Source: Gammaproteobacteria bacterium (GTDB lineage: Bacteria; Pseudomonadota; Gammaproteobacteria; JBCCGL01). From it: a stretch of 64,000 nucleotides of DNA. The notes beneath the pieces were generated by a model. It was not told where the DNA came from. It searched no databases and worked only from the letters and a program-made list of their open reading frames with translations. How positions within the stretch are numbered: position 1 is the stretch's first letter; every line of letters begins with the position of its first letter. Positions 12,809 to 23,685 of the stretch are shown piece after piece. The position numbers and the translations under genes are program-made. The stretch covers positions 1,312,001 to 1,376,000 of the forward strand of contig OZ255836.1 of assembly GCA_965277715.1 (NCBI GenBank), written 5' to 3'.

Positions 12809-14479
12809 ATGCTCACGCACCTGCACATCCGCAACTTTGCCATTATCGACAGCATCGAAATCGAGCTGCAACAGGGTATGACGGTACTTACCGGTGAAAC
12901 CGGTGCAGGTAAATCCATTCTGCTCGATGCACTCGGGCTGTTACTCGGTGACCGTGCCGACAGTGCACAATTGCGTGAAGGGGCTGAAAAAGCCGATATA
13001 AGTGCGCTATTTTCGATTGAAGACAACCCCGCCGCCCTGGCCTGGCTGGCGGCAAACGAGCTGGACGATAACGGTGAATGCCTGATCCGCCGCACCATCA
13101 GCCGCGATACCCGCTCACGTGGCTACATCAACGGCCAGGTAGCGCCGCTGCAATTACTGCGCACACTGGGTGAAATGCTGGTCGACATTCACGGCCAACA
13201 CGAACACCAACTGCTCATGCGCAAGGCCACTCAGCGGGAATTGCTCGACGCCTATGCAGGCAATAACCCGTTGCTGGACAAGCTCGCGGTTAACTACCGG
13301 GCATTACAGCGCATCGATGAACAGATCGATGCCCTTGAGGAAAGCAGCAGTGCGGCAGGGCAAATGGATATGTTGCAATACCAGCTCGACGAGCTAGAGC
13401 AACTTGACCTTAGCGCCACTCACATCAACGCCATCGAACAGGAACACAAACGCATGAGCAATGCAGGGCGGTTACTGGGCGATTGCCAGTCGACACTCGA
13501 AGCGCTCTACGAAGGCGACCATGCACTGCATAGCCAGCTCGCAGCGATGCAACACACAATTGGTGTTCTGTGCGGGCTGGACCCGGCACTCGATGCCGTA
13601 TCGAAAACACTGGGCGATGCAGCGATTAACTGCAATGAAGCGGCTATTGAGTTGCGCGATTACCTTGCACGCATCGAACTCGACGACAACCGGCTCGCGA
13701 TGCTGGAACAAACCCTGACAACACTGCACAGTCTGTCACGCAAACACAAAACCACACCTGAAAGACTAGCGGAAACACGCGAAAAACTGGCCAACCAGCT
13801 AGCGTTACTGGCCAGCGCAGACCACAACCGCGAGCAACTGGCAGCACAACGGGTACAGCTAATCGACAGCTACAACAGCATCGATAACGCACTTAGCCAC
13901 GCACGCCACGAGGCCGGGGTTAAGCTCGGCGAGGAAATCAGCGCACATATGCAGGCACTGGGTATGTCTGGCGGCCTGTTTTCAGTGGCAATATCATCAA
14001 CGCAACGGGACAAACCGGGGCTATACGGCAGTGATAACATCACCTTTATGGTCAGCGCCAATCCAGGGCAATCGCCAAAAGCGCTGACCAAGGTGGCATC
14101 CGGTGGTGAGTTGTCGCGCATCAGCCTGGCACTGCAGTTAGTCGCCTCAAAATACAAATCCTCGGCAACACTGATCTTTGACGAGGTAGACGGTGGCATC
14201 GGCGGTGCAGTGGCCGAGACAGTCGGCAGGCAACTGCGTAAACTCAGCGCCCAGGCGCAGGTTATGTGTGTGACCCACCTACCACAGGTGGCCTCTCAGG
14301 GAAATGCGCACTTTGTCGTCAGTAAGCGCAGTGATGGGGAGCACACCCGCGTGCATATTCAGCTGCTGGACGCCACAGAAAAGGTCGAGGAAATTGCACG
14401 CATGTTAGGTGGCATCTCGATTACCGAACAAAGCCGGTCACATGCACAGGAAATGTTGACAAATGCCGGGAGCAATTAA
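12809..14479 (+). CDS. recN: DNA repair protein RecN (start adjusted to ATG 12809)
   Basis: MLTHLHIRNFAII, TGETGAGKS, ASGGELSR, FDEVD, VTHLPQVA. Confidence 0.97.
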   Translation: MLTHLHIRNFAIIDSIEIELQQGMTVLTGETGAGKSILLDALGLLLGDRADSAQLREGAEKADISALFSIEDNPAALAWLAANELDDNGECLIRRTISRDTRSRGYINGQVAPLQLLRTLGEMLVDIHGQHEHQLLMRKATQRELLDAYAGNNPLLDKLAVNYRALQRIDEQIDALEESSSAAGQMDMLQYQLDELEQLDLSATHINAIEQEHKRMSNAGRLLGDCQSTLEALYEGDHALHSQLAAMQHTIGVLCGLDPALDAVSKTLGDAAINCNEAAIELRDYLARIELDDNRLAMLEQTLTTLHSLSRKHKTTPERLAETREKLANQLALLASADHNREQLAAQRVQLIDSYNSIDNALSHARHEAGVKLGEEISAHMQALGMSGGLFSVAISSTQRDKPGLYGSDNITFMVSANPGQSPKALTKVASGGELSRISLALQLVASKYKSSATLIFDEVDGGIGGAVAETVGRQLRKLSAQAQVMCVTHLPQVASQGNAHFVVSKRSDGEHTRVHIQLLDATEKVEEIARMLGGISITEQSRSHAQEMLTNAGSN

Positions 14480-14892
14480 TCCGGTTGATCGTAAACACCG
14501 TAGGCCGTCAGGGTGTAATCGGTCAGCTTATACCCCCGCTCGGCAGCAATACTGTCCAGGCGCTCTTCAATAACAGCGTCGGTAAACTCCTCTACGTGAC
14601 CACTCTTTACGCAGATGATGTGATTGTGGTTATCGCCAACATCCAGCTCAAACACAGCCTGACCCTGGCCGCTGTCAAAGTGGTGCCGGGTAACCAGCCC
14701 CGCCGCCTCAAACTGCGTTAACACACGGTATACAGTGGCCAGACCCACATCAGACCCCGATTGCATCAAAGCGCGATACACATCTTCGGCGCTCATGTGG
14801 TGATGTTCGCAACGCTCCAGAATTTCCAGAATTTTTACGCGTGGCAGCGTGACCTTCAATCCTGCTTTTTTGAGTTCACTGGTTGACAACAC
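14476..14892 (-). CDS. fur: Ferric uptake regulator Fur (start GTG 14892 or TTG 14889)
   Basis: LKKAGLKVTLPRVKIL, HMSAEDVY, GLATVYRVLTQFE; recN-fur-bamE synteny. Confidence 0.93.
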   Translation of the reverse strand: MLSTSELKKAGLKVTLPRVKILEILERCEHHHMSAEDVYRALMQSGSDVGLATVYRVLTQFEAAGLVTRHHFDSGQGQAVFELDVGDNHNHIICVKSGHVEEFTDAVIEERLDSIAAERGYKLTDYTLTAYGVYDQPD

Positions 14893-14934
14893 CTTTCTCC
14901 ACCGCAACGGTATATAAATAATAAATCGATTAAT

Positions 14935-14982
14935 CTAGGCTCCATGTATTAACTTGCACACAAGTCAATACATGATGTCTAG
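14935..14982 (+). repeat. 48-bp CTAG-bounded palindromic repeat, copy 2, in the fur/bamE divergent promoter region
   Basis: CTAGGCTCCATGTATTAACTTGCACACAAGTCAATACATGATGTCTAG. Confidence 0.85.
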
Positions 14983-15094
14983 GAGATTATTCAGAGATCT
15001 GGATGATTATTTGGGTTTCAAGTATAACAATGTTTGATCCCCACCTGGCAATATGGCCAAATACCACCTGCGACAACCAAATTTCGACTCGATA

Positions 15095-15439
15095 ATGATA
15101 CATTACTCAAAAAAAATAGCGCATACCCTTGTTTTTATTATTGTAGGCATGACGAATTATGGCTGTGTATCGATACTGCCAGACCCTCACAAGATCGATA
15201 TACACCAGGGCAACATCGTCGACAGTCAGCGTGTTGAACAACTTCAGGTCGGCATGAGCCGCGAGCAGGTAAAATACCTACTGGGCAGCCCGGTCAGCAA
15301 CAACCTGTTTCGTACAAACCGCTGGGACTATTTACACTACGTCAGTAAAGCGGGAAACTACGCAAAACCCAAGCGGGTCACGGTCTTTTTTGATAACGGT
15401 GTCGTCAGTAAAATCGAAAATCAATACACCACTCAGTAA
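15095..15439 (+). CDS. bamE: Outer membrane protein assembly factor BamE (start may be 15053 or 15095)
   Basis: Lipobox Cys, IHQGN, GMSREQVKYLLGSP, RWDY; divergent from fur. Confidence 0.92.
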   Translation: MIHYSKKIAHTLVFIIVGMTNYGCVSILPDPHKIDIHQGNIVDSQRVEQLQVGMSREQVKYLLGSPVSNNLFRTNRWDYLHYVSKAGNYAKPKRVTVFFDNGVVSKIENQYTTQ

Positions 15440-15449
15440 GCTATAGCAC

Positions 15450-15881
15450 TCACACGTATACCTCCTTAGCGCGCTGACAAAACGCTTCAACCAGAGACCC
15501 ACAGATACTGCTAAACACCGGCCCAACTGACGTGGCAATCAACGGGTTGGCAATGGCAAACTCGATATCCAATAACACCTTACACCCCACATCACCCAAC
15601 GCGGTGAACACCCAGCTACCGTTAAGGTGGCTAAAGGGGCCATCTAACAACACCATATCGATGCGTTGATTCGCTTGCATCGTATTGCGCGTTGTAAAGC
15701 GTTGATTGACAGCGGCCCTGGAAATGCAAATGGATGCCGTCTGCCTGTCAATACACTTTTCAACAACATCCACGCCGCTGCACCAGGGTAAAAACAGCGG
15801 ATACGCCTCAACATCATTCACCAGATCGTACATTTGGTTTGGCGTATACATCACTAACGCCGAGCGGGAAATGGTTGTCAT
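15450..15881 (-). CDS. ratA: RatA/PasT (Coq10-like START-domain) protein
   Basis: SRSALVMYTPNQMYDLVNDVEAYPLFLPWC, GPFSHLNGSW, AFCQRAKEVY; divergent from smpB. Confidence 0.92.
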   Translation of the reverse strand: MTTISRSALVMYTPNQMYDLVNDVEAYPLFLPWCSGVDVVEKCIDRQTASICISRAAVNQRFTTRNTMQANQRIDMVLLDGPFSHLNGSWVFTALGDVGCKVLLDIEFAIANPLIATSVGPVFSSICGSLVEAFCQRAKEVYV

Positions 15882-15965
15882 AAGGCGTTGGGGCACCATG
15901 GCAGCAGGAAAAACAGAGGCAGGCAAAAACCTGCCTCTAAAAATTGAATCGATTATAATCTCGCA

Positions 15966-16451
15966 ATGGGAAAACAAAAGAAACAAAAAACGGCACCCGG
16001 CTCGACGATTGCACTAAACAAAAAAGCCCGTCACGATTTTCATATCGAGGACAAGCTTGAAGCAGGTTTGGTATTACAGGGCTGGGAGGTCAAGAGCTTA
16101 CGTGCAGGCCGCATTCAGATTACTGACAGTTATGTCATGCTGCGCGATGCAGAGGCTTGGCTAATCGCCTGCCACATGCCCCCCTTATTGTCGGCATCAA
16201 CACATATAACACCCAATCCAATGCGTGCGCGAAAACTGTTGCTACACCAGCGCGAATTGGCACGCTTGATTGGTGCCGTCGAACGCAAAGGCTTTACCCT
16301 CGTGCCACTGGCAATGTACTGGCGGCGTGGCCTGGCCAAGCTGGAAGTGGGCCTGGCAAAAGGTAAAAAAGAACACGATAAGCGGGCCGATATAAAAAAC
16401 CGGGACTGGGAGCGGGATAAGCAACGCATAATGCGCAACGCCAGCCGTTAG
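15966..16451 (+). CDS. smpB: SsrA-binding protein SmpB
   Basis: [35 protein letters not shown]. Confidence 0.98.
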   Translation: MGKQKKQKTAPGSTIALNKKARHDFHIEDKLEAGLVLQGWEVKSLRAGRIQITDSYVMLRDAEAWLIACHMPPLLSASTHITPNPMRARKLLLHQRELARLIGAVERKGFTLVPLAMYWRRGLAKLEVGLAKGKKEHDKRADIKNRDWERDKQRIMRNASR

Positions 16452-16454
16452 CGT

Positions 16455-16618
16455 TAGGGGGTTTTCTCAATTATCTGAGCGAGACTGATTGTGAGCCACA
16501 ATCGTCTCGGCAAGACGCAATGAGGAACAATAGCCATTCTATTGTGACGCGTTGCAACACCGCCAGCGCGGAAAAGGGCCGAAAACAGACTGTGAAGGTG
16601 ATTGAGAACGCCCCCTAG
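16455..16618 (+). mobile_element. MITE-like element (about 160 bp) with terminal inverted repeats and TAG at both ends
   Basis: Left end TAGGGGGTTTTCTCAATTA vs reverse complement of right end TAGGGGGCGTTCTCAATCA (16/19); internal hairpin; related sequence at 32280-32362. Confidence 0.7.
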
Positions 16619-16640
16619 GAGATCCCGTCAAAATAAAAAA

Positions 16641-17336
16641 CTAATGGCGCCAAACACAGCCATTTTCGCTTTCTTTTTGCAGTGTCTCCAGCCACACATT
16701 ATGTGCAGCCAATTCACTCTGGTTGGCGTATAAAACCGGGGTGGGTTTAATTTCAGTACTGCCCAGTGCATTTAATGCAGGGTCTGGCCCCAGCTCTTGA
16801 TCGACTGCCAATGACAAACTAACTTGTCCACCTGTCATCAACAGATACACATCGGCCAGTATTTCAGAATCCAGTAGCGCACCGTGCAGGGTGCGCTGGG
16901 TATTATCAATACCCAATCGCTTACACAGGGCATCGAGGCTATTGCGCTGGCCGGGGTACATCTCACGTGCCATAACCAGCGTATCCAATACAGTACAACG
17001 GTTTTTTATACTTTCCTTACCAAGTCGTTGCAGCTCGGCATCGATAAAACCCACATCAAACGGCGCATTGTGGATAACCAACTCAGCACCATTGACAAAC
17101 ATTAAAAAATCGTCTGCAACGGCAGTAAAGCGGGGTTTATCGAGTAAAAACTCATTGGTAATACCATGCACCTCCATAGCGCCCTCATCAATATCACGAT
17201 CGGGCTGTAAATACTGGTGAAAGTGGTTGCCCGTTAGTTTCCGATCGATGACTTCCACACCGCCAATTTCGATAATACGGTGTCCTTGAGCGGGGTCCAG
17301 CCCAGTGGTTTCTGTATCGAGTACAACCTGTCGCAT
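16641..17336 (-). CDS. dnaQ: DNA polymerase III subunit epsilon
   Basis: VLDTETTG, HNAPFD, HGALLDSEILADVYLLMTGGQ. Confidence 0.97.
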   Translation of the reverse strand: MRQVVLDTETTGLDPAQGHRIIEIGGVEVIDRKLTGNHFHQYLQPDRDIDEGAMEVHGITNEFLLDKPRFTAVADDFLMFVNGAELVIHNAPFDVGFIDAELQRLGKESIKNRCTVLDTLVMAREMYPGQRNSLDALCKRLGIDNTQRTLHGALLDSEILADVYLLMTGGQVSLSLAVDQELGPDPALNALGSTEIKPTPVLYANQSELAAHNVWLETLQKESENGCVWRH

Positions 17337-17343
17337 TATTGCA

Positions 17344-17805
17344 TTACTCACTCTCTAGCCGTTCGTCGATACCGCGATTGGCCAGCGCATCGGCGCGGTC
17401 ATTATACAAATCACCACTGTGCCCCTTGACCCACTGCCAATCGATGGTGTGTTTTTGCGTAATATCATCCAGCCGTCGCCATAAATCGGCATTTTTCACC
17501 GGTAATTTGCTGGCCGTTCGCCAATCATTGCGTTTCCAGCCACTCATCCACTGCGTAATACCATTAATCACATATTTTGAATCGGTGACCAATACTACAG
17601 TACAGGATCGGGTTAGTGCCTCAAGCCCACGAATAGCCGCCATTAGCTCCATACGATTGTTCGTCGTCAGCATCTCCCCACCGTACAGAACCCTTTCCTG
17701 GTTACCGCTCATTAGCACAACCCCCCAACCACCTTCCCCAGGGTTACCACGACAGGCACCATCGGTGTACATTTTAACGTGCGGCGCTTCAGTTTTTCCT
17801 GCCAT
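17344..17805 (-). CDS. rnhA: Ribonuclease HI
   Basis: [36 protein letters not shown]. Confidence 0.97.
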   Translation of the reverse strand: MAGKTEAPHVKMYTDGACRGNPGEGGWGVVLMSGNQERVLYGGEMLTTNNRMELMAAIRGLEALTRSCTVVLVTDSKYVINGITQWMSGWKRNDWRTASKLPVKNADLWRRLDDITQKHTIDWQWVKGHSGDLYNDRADALANRGIDERLESE

Positions 17806-18583
17806 GAATCTTTTCCACCTTATTAATAGGGTCAATAATCTGTCGCGCCGCGATAGCCTGACGCCACCGCTGTAAACGCGGCGTCAACGGCCGGGTCTGT
17901 TTTCTCGCCAATATCAAATACGCACCACCAAAAATATTCAGCCAGGGTTGCAGTTTCTCAAGAAAAGACAATCGCGACAGAAAAACCGGCTGGGCAATGG
18001 GTGGGCGAAGAAAAAACCGACGACGGCCCACTACTCTAAAATTCAATAATGACAACCAGTCGTCTATACGTGTTTGGGTATAAAATTGCCCATTCCAAGG
18101 GGTATTTCGTCGCCAAAAACGCATATTGCGTACTATCCCCCAACTGCTGAGCGGGTTAAATCCCAGTATCAGTAAATAACCATCGCGTAACAATACTCTG
18201 TCCGCCTCACGGAGAACCTGATGGGGGTTTTGACAAAACTCCAGCGTATGTGGCATTACCAGCAGACTGATCGTATCCGTGGCAATAGGCAGTTCTAACA
18301 CGTTAGATACCATATCCACCGACTTGTGAAGTTCATTGCCCCCAAGTATAAAGCGACGCGACAGACCGGCACCACCGAGCAACCCTTCACTGTTGTCACT
18401 CAGTTGCCCCAATTGTAACGCCTGATAGCCAAACACCGGGCGCAGCATACCCTCCAGGTGGTCGTTTACCTCCTTCAGCATGGACTGACCAAGAAAAGAC
18501 GCGTACCATTCTAGAAGTTCTGGTTGTGTGCTGTTCCAGTCAGTCAGTGCAGAATCAATGGGCATAACGATAGAATCGGACAA
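17789..18583 (-). CDS. Class I SAM-dependent methyltransferase (YafS-like)
   Basis: [36 protein letters not shown]; conserved position upstream of rnhA. Confidence 0.85.
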   Translation of the reverse strand: MSDSIVMPIDSALTDWNSTQPELLEWYASFLGQSMLKEVNDHLEGMLRPVFGYQALQLGQLSDNSEGLLGGAGLSRRFILGGNELHKSVDMVSNVLELPIATDTISLLVMPHTLEFCQNPHQVLREADRVLLRDGYLLILGFNPLSSWGIVRNMRFWRRNTPWNGQFYTQTRIDDWLSLLNFRVVGRRRFFLRPPIAQPVFLSRLSFLEKLQPWLNIFGGAYLILARKQTRPLTPRLQRWRQAIAARQIIDPINKVEKIHGRKN

Positions 18584-18760
18584 TACTCGGTTTTAGTGAA
18601 TGGTATAGGCTAATACCTTTACAAGTGCTTGTCACTCGTGATTGCAGGTGCTGCACAGGGTACGCTACCCATTGAAGAAATCACGACAACCTTAAAAAAA
18701 ACGCCACTATTTATCCAGTCATTTTATTTAGATGTACATTTTGTATACCAAGGAGTAGCT

Positions 18761-20476
18761 TTGCTGCATTATAACAACGCCCCACGACGAACAGGCCTGC
18801 TTTCGCTGCTGATAGGGGGCTATATATTTATACTCGGCGGATGCGCCCAGCTTCCCCAATCAACAGAAGATTCAGCGCCGGGACAAGGCACTGCGAAACA
18901 GCAGGCACCCCCCCCTAAATCCAACCAGACCACGAATAACAGCGCATCCACAACAACGCAACCTACCTCCCCTGTAACACTTCCAGCCGAGACAACCCGC
19001 TCCACTCAGTTTGTAAAAAACCACACGCTAGTGGATGGAGCTAACCTCAACGCGACCAACCAAGACCTCTGGCATTGGTTAAAGCATCGATTTACATGGA
19101 AGCACGCCAATAATGACCGTATCGCCAGGCAGCAGAAATGGTTTGCTCAGAATACAGCGTATGTTAAACGGGTCTTAGAGCGCAGTAGGCCTTATCTCCA
19201 CTATATTGCCAATCAACTGGAGAAAAACCACCTGCCCTTTGAGTTGGCGCTATTGCCTGTTATTGAAAGTGCTTACCGCCCCTTCGCTTATTCCCATGGC
19301 CGGGCGACCGGGATTTGGCAATTCATTCCATCTACCGGCAAATCTTTTGGCTTAACGCAAGACTGGTGGTACGACGGCAGACGGGATATCGCCGCGTCAA
19401 CTAATGCCGCAATCCGGTTTTTTAAACAGCTTGAAAGGGAATTTGACGGCAATTGGTTACACGCGTTAGCCGCTTATAATGCGGGGCCAACAAAGGTTCG
19501 CAATGCAATAAAGCACAACCAGAAGAAAAACCTTCCCGCCTCTTATTGGGATTTGCACCTACCCAGGGAAACACGTAACTACGTACCGAAATTGCTGGCA
19601 TTGATATCAGTCATTGATCAATCAGAAAAATACAAATTAGATCTTCCATTGATCAGCACACAACCCTATTTCGCCAAAATCGACACCGGGAAACAAATAG
19701 ACTTATCACGTGCGGCAAAAATGGCGGGGATCAGTATTGAACAACTATACCTGCTAAACCCAGGTTTCAATCGTTGGGCAACAGCGCCTGATGGCCCCCA
19801 TCACCTACTCATTCCCATCAATAATGCCGAGCAGTTCAAATTGGCCTTGGCTAAACTCCCCGATGCGGAACGCATTACCTGGACCAGGCACACCATAAAA
19901 TCCGGTGAAACACTCAGCACAATTGCCAGGCGTTACAAAACAACTGTGGGCTATATCAAAAAGGTAAACCACCTCAGTAGCAACCTTATTCGTGCGGGCC
20001 GCGCATTAACTATTCCAGGGCCAGGCGCGGCAGAATCCACTTACGTATACAGCGCGTCCCAACGTCTTAAAGTTGCACAATCAAACGGTAGCGGCACCCG
20101 GTACACCCACAAGGTACGTAATGGCGATACCTTATGGAGACTGGCAAAAACTTACGGCGCTACAATTAGGAAAATCGCCCAATGGAACAATATAACACCG
20201 AAAACCCCATTGAAGCTCGGGCAAAAACTGGTTATTTGGAAGAAACCTGCTTCAAATATTATGGTAAATACTCAAGCGGGGGCGGTTTTTCAGCCATCAA
20301 TCCAAACAATACGCTACACAGTAAAATCCGGTGATTCACTCGATGGTATTGCGCACCGCTTTAATATCAAAGTAGCTGATTTGTTGCGATGGAATGTAGA
20401 ATTAAAAAACGCACGATACATCCACCCCGGTCAAAAGATTCGCCTACAACTTGATGTGCGCGAACAGTCTGGTTAG
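18761..20476 (+). CDS. mltD: Membrane-bound lytic murein transglycosylase D (SLT domain + 3 LysM); start probably TTG 18761 after AGGAG
   Basis: Lipobox LGGC, LPVIESAY, GIWQF, ALAAYNAG, ETRNYVPK, three LysM repeats. Confidence 0.92.
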   Translation: MLHYNNAPRRTGLLSLLIGGYIFILGGCAQLPQSTEDSAPGQGTAKQQAPPPKSNQTTNNSASTTTQPTSPVTLPAETTRSTQFVKNHTLVDGANLNATNQDLWHWLKHRFTWKHANNDRIARQQKWFAQNTAYVKRVLERSRPYLHYIANQLEKNHLPFELALLPVIESAYRPFAYSHGRATGIWQFIPSTGKSFGLTQDWWYDGRRDIAASTNAAIRFFKQLEREFDGNWLHALAAYNAGPTKVRNAIKHNQKKNLPASYWDLHLPRETRNYVPKLLALISVIDQSEKYKLDLPLISTQPYFAKIDTGKQIDLSRAAKMAGISIEQLYLLNPGFNRWATAPDGPHHLLIPINNAEQFKLALAKLPDAERITWTRHTIKSGETLSTIARRYKTTVGYIKKVNHLSSNLIRAGRALTIPGPGAAESTYVYSASQRLKVAQSNGSGTRYTHKVRNGDTLWRLAKTYGATIRKIAQWNNITPKTPLKLGQKLVIWKKPASNIMVNTQAGAVFQPSIQTIRYTVKSGDSLDGIAHRFNIKVADLLRWNVELKNARYIHPGQKIRLQLDVREQSG

Positions 20477-20557
20477 TGGGTTATGGCGATTAGCTCACAT
20501 GTGCATCACTATGCTATCTTCCAGCCTGGAGCCTGCAGGGGTTTATAAGCAAAAATT

Positions 20558-21628
20558 ATGACTATCACACTCAGCAAATCGCAGTTAGCCAAATTTACGC
20601 CCCTGGATGCATTGAATTCATCAAGTCTTGGTGAAATTGCATCCAAGATGACTTACCACTCAATCGAATCGGGTAAGTATGTTTTTCTTCAGAACGACGT
20701 AATAAAAAGACACTTTTATCTGGTCAGTGGTGGCATCGACTTTCTCGATGAAAATAAACAAGTCATTGAATCTATCGACAGTGGTTCAGAAAGAGCCTAC
20801 TCCCCTTTATCATCCAGAAACCCACAACGCGCTTCAGCACGGACTAAACTGGACTCCACCATTATTTCAATTGACCGCAATCTGTTTGATATTTTTCTAA
20901 CATGGGACCAAACGGGCAGCTACCCGGTAAGAAACGAACAACAGGAAGGATCTGAATTGCCCCTGCCACCGAGTGATGATGAAGACAATGAATGGATGGT
21001 TCACCTGCTGCAAACCAAGTCATTTCAACATATTCCGGCAATTAATATCCAATTAATCTTCACGCGTATGGAAAAAATCACGTATAAAGCAGGAGAAACA
21101 GTCATTAGGCAAGGTGATCCAGGCGACTATTTTTATACTATTATCAGTGGTAAATGTAATGTAAACCGCTCTTCTGTTAATCTCGCCACCCTCGCTCCTG
21201 GTGATCATTTCGGTGAAGAAGCGCTCATTTCCAATGAGACACGCAACGCTACAGTCAGTATGGCAACCGATGGTTCACTGATGCGTTTATCGAAAGAAAA
21301 TTTTGTCTCCCTACTACACCAGCCATTACTAAACTGGGTCGATTTTGAACAAAGCGTGAAGAAAATTATTGACGGTGGCCAATGGCTTGATGTCCGCTTA
21401 CCGGCTGAATATCAAGCTGGCCATATCCCCAACAGTCTTAATATCCCCTTAATTTTCCTGAGAATGAGGGCCAATCAGTTGAGTATAGACAAAGAGTACA
21501 TTGTGTATTGTGACACTGGCCGCCGCAGCTCTGTGGCCTCGTATCTACTCAAAGAAAAAGGGTTCACCCAGATTCATACACTAACAGATGGATTCGCCAA
21601 TGTACCCAAAGGCATCCTTAAGAAGTGA
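20558..21628 (+). CDS. Protein with two cNMP-binding domains and a C-terminal rhodanese domain
   Basis: Second CNB domain has VIRQGDPGDYFY and GDHFGEEAL...RNATV; rhodanese LDVRLPAEYQAGHIPNSLNIP and YCDTGRRS. Confidence 0.85.
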   Translation: MTITLSKSQLAKFTPLDALNSSSLGEIASKMTYHSIESGKYVFLQNDVIKRHFYLVSGGIDFLDENKQVIESIDSGSERAYSPLSSRNPQRASARTKLDSTIISIDRNLFDIFLTWDQTGSYPVRNEQQEGSELPLPPSDDEDNEWMVHLLQTKSFQHIPAINIQLIFTRMEKITYKAGETVIRQGDPGDYFYTIISGKCNVNRSSVNLATLAPGDHFGEEALISNETRNATVSMATDGSLMRLSKENFVSLLHQPLLNWVDFEQSVKKIIDGGQWLDVRLPAEYQAGHIPNSLNIPLIFLRMRANQLSIDKEYIVYCDTGRRSSVASYLLKEKGFTQIHTLTDGFANVPKGILKK

Positions 21629-21966
21629 AGAGCTTTTGTCGGTGGCACTCGTTTACGATTCAAAACAGCCTATGCGCCAGAAAGTTATTTGTCAGTCAGC
21701 TAACTTCTTAGTATCATTCTTTGGCCTGACTATATTAAACAAACATTGATATCTCTCAAACCATTGATTTCACAAGGGAATTATCGAAGACATGACATAT
21801 CGACTATTACAGATAACGAAGACATACCTGATTGGGCGAATATTTCCTGTGGCGCCAAGAGATAAGCGAGATCGTGCTTGTCGTGAAATATCCGCAATTG
21901 TATATGCCGTTTATTTTTCATCCTTATTTTCAATATCTCCCCTGAGGCTATAAAAATCCGATAACC

Positions 21967-22818
21967 ATGAGCATGTCAGGAAAAATTCAGATAGTCAGCA
22001 AAACTGACAAAGGGCTTAAACGTGAGCACAATGAAGATAGTATTGGCAAATCAACAGAACACGGCGTTGTCGTATTAGCTGATGGCATGGGGGGTTACAA
22101 TGCAGGGGAAGTGGCCAGTGAAATTGCCGTTCAAACACTGATAAAATCACTGACAAAAATACGCGTGAAACATGCGATAAAACAAAAGCCCTCTCAAACA
22201 CCCATCCAAACCGATGCAATCGATCAAATAAAACACGACTGCCTTTTAGCACTCAACAAATGCAATCAAATCATCTATCAAAAGGCATCGAGCCAACCTC
22301 AATACAAAGGTATGGGCACAACTATTGCCACATCAATTTTTTACGACAACAAAATTATTTACTCGCATATTGGCGATTCGCGTATCTATTGCTACCGTGA
22401 CGATACATTGCAACAACTGACATCCGATCACACATTACTCCAGGAGCTTGTCGATCGAGGCCTCTATTCACGTGAGGAAGCCAGAACGTCACCTAATAAA
22501 AACCTAATAACAAAAGCACTGGGCACTGAACCAGAAGTAGAGCCGAGCATTGATCAGACGGATACCCACGTTGGTGACATCTATCTCTTTTGCTCAGATG
22601 GTCTTAATGATATGATTAGCGACACACAAATTGGCCTTATATTAAGTGAACACCCTTTAAACAAACACGCTGACAACCTGAAAAATGCGGCAGACGCACT
22701 GGTCGACAAAGCCAACCAAAATGGTGGTTCTGATAATATTTCAGTTATATTGGTCAGAATTGTAAAACCCTACCCCAGTAAGGTTGCCTGGCATCAAAAA
22801 CTCATCAATTGGCTTTAG
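21967..22818 (+). CDS. PP2C/Stp1-family Ser/Thr phosphatase
   Basis: REHNED, ADGMGG, GMGTT, HIGDSR, CSDGL, GGSDNIS. Confidence 0.93.
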   Translation: MSMSGKIQIVSKTDKGLKREHNEDSIGKSTEHGVVVLADGMGGYNAGEVASEIAVQTLIKSLTKIRVKHAIKQKPSQTPIQTDAIDQIKHDCLLALNKCNQIIYQKASSQPQYKGMGTTIATSIFYDNKIIYSHIGDSRIYCYRDDTLQQLTSDHTLLQELVDRGLYSREEARTSPNKNLITKALGTEPEVEPSIDQTDTHVGDIYLFCSDGLNDMISDTQIGLILSEHPLNKHADNLKNAADALVDKANQNGGSDNISVILVRIVKPYPSKVAWHQKLINWL

Positions 22819-22833
22819 CTAAAATAGCGTAAG

Positions 22834-23547
22834 ATGTCAAAATTAATTCTTAGTTTAGGCGGTAAAAAAATAAAGGAATACGCACTTAATAAAGCGCAAA
22901 CAATCATTGGGCGAAGCGCCAGTAATGACATTCAAATAGAAAACCTGGCGATCAGTAATGAACATGCAAAAATTATTACCATATTAAGCGATTCGTTTCT
23001 CGAAGACTTAAAAAGCACCAATGGAACTTACGTCAATGGAACACTAGTTAACAAAAAAGCCTTACAACACGGTGATGAAATCACTATTGGCAAGCATAAA
23101 CTGCAATATATTAATGAAAACTCTGATACGAGTGAATTTAATCAGGCTGTAGTTATACAACACGCCGTAACGACACCATCAGCAACATCGGATTTTTCAA
23201 ATCAAACAAGCCAGAACATAAGCGACTTGAGCGGTCATCCAACCGTTAATAATAAGATAAACAAACTGACCACTAAACATATCGCCAGCCTGGCAATTAG
23301 TAACGGCAATAAGGCAGGGCAAATACTCCACCTCACCAAATCATTGACAACACTTGGGCAACCTGAAACGCAGGTTGCGGCTATCGCATTCAAACAAGGA
23401 AAGTATTTTTTAATACACATCGAAACAATAGGCAAACGAAAAATGCCTATGTTAAACGGAAAAGAAATTGATCAGGGCTACATACCGCTTGCACACAAGG
23501 ATAAAATCACGATTGCCGACACAAAGATGGTTTTGACGTTGGGGTGA
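22834..23547 (+). CDS. FHA-domain protein (N-terminal FHA plus degenerate C-terminal FHA)
   Basis: IGRSASNDI, ISNEHA, DLKSTNGTYVNG, LQHGDEITIG. Confidence 0.9.
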   Translation: MSKLILSLGGKKIKEYALNKAQTIIGRSASNDIQIENLAISNEHAKIITILSDSFLEDLKSTNGTYVNGTLVNKKALQHGDEITIGKHKLQYINENSDTSEFNQAVVIQHAVTTPSATSDFSNQTSQNISDLSGHPTVNNKINKLTTKHIASLAISNGNKAGQILHLTKSLTTLGQPETQVAAIAFKQGKYFLIHIETIGKRKMPMLNGKEIDQGYIPLAHKDKITIADTKMVLTLG

Positions 23548-23685
23548 TATTTACCCTGGCTTGCCCCCTCCTCCATCCAGGCAATCAATTGAATCACAAC
23601 GATAGCGCTCAGGAAATTAAAGACAAAACGTTTTATATGCAATACTTTACATGTTACCAATAACCCCAATTAACTGTAAAAGTTA

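Noticed and set aside
16452-16640. tmRNA (ssrA) expected after smpB
   Set aside because: Too short, with no tRNA-like ends or tag reading frame; terminal inverted repeats fit a MITE better
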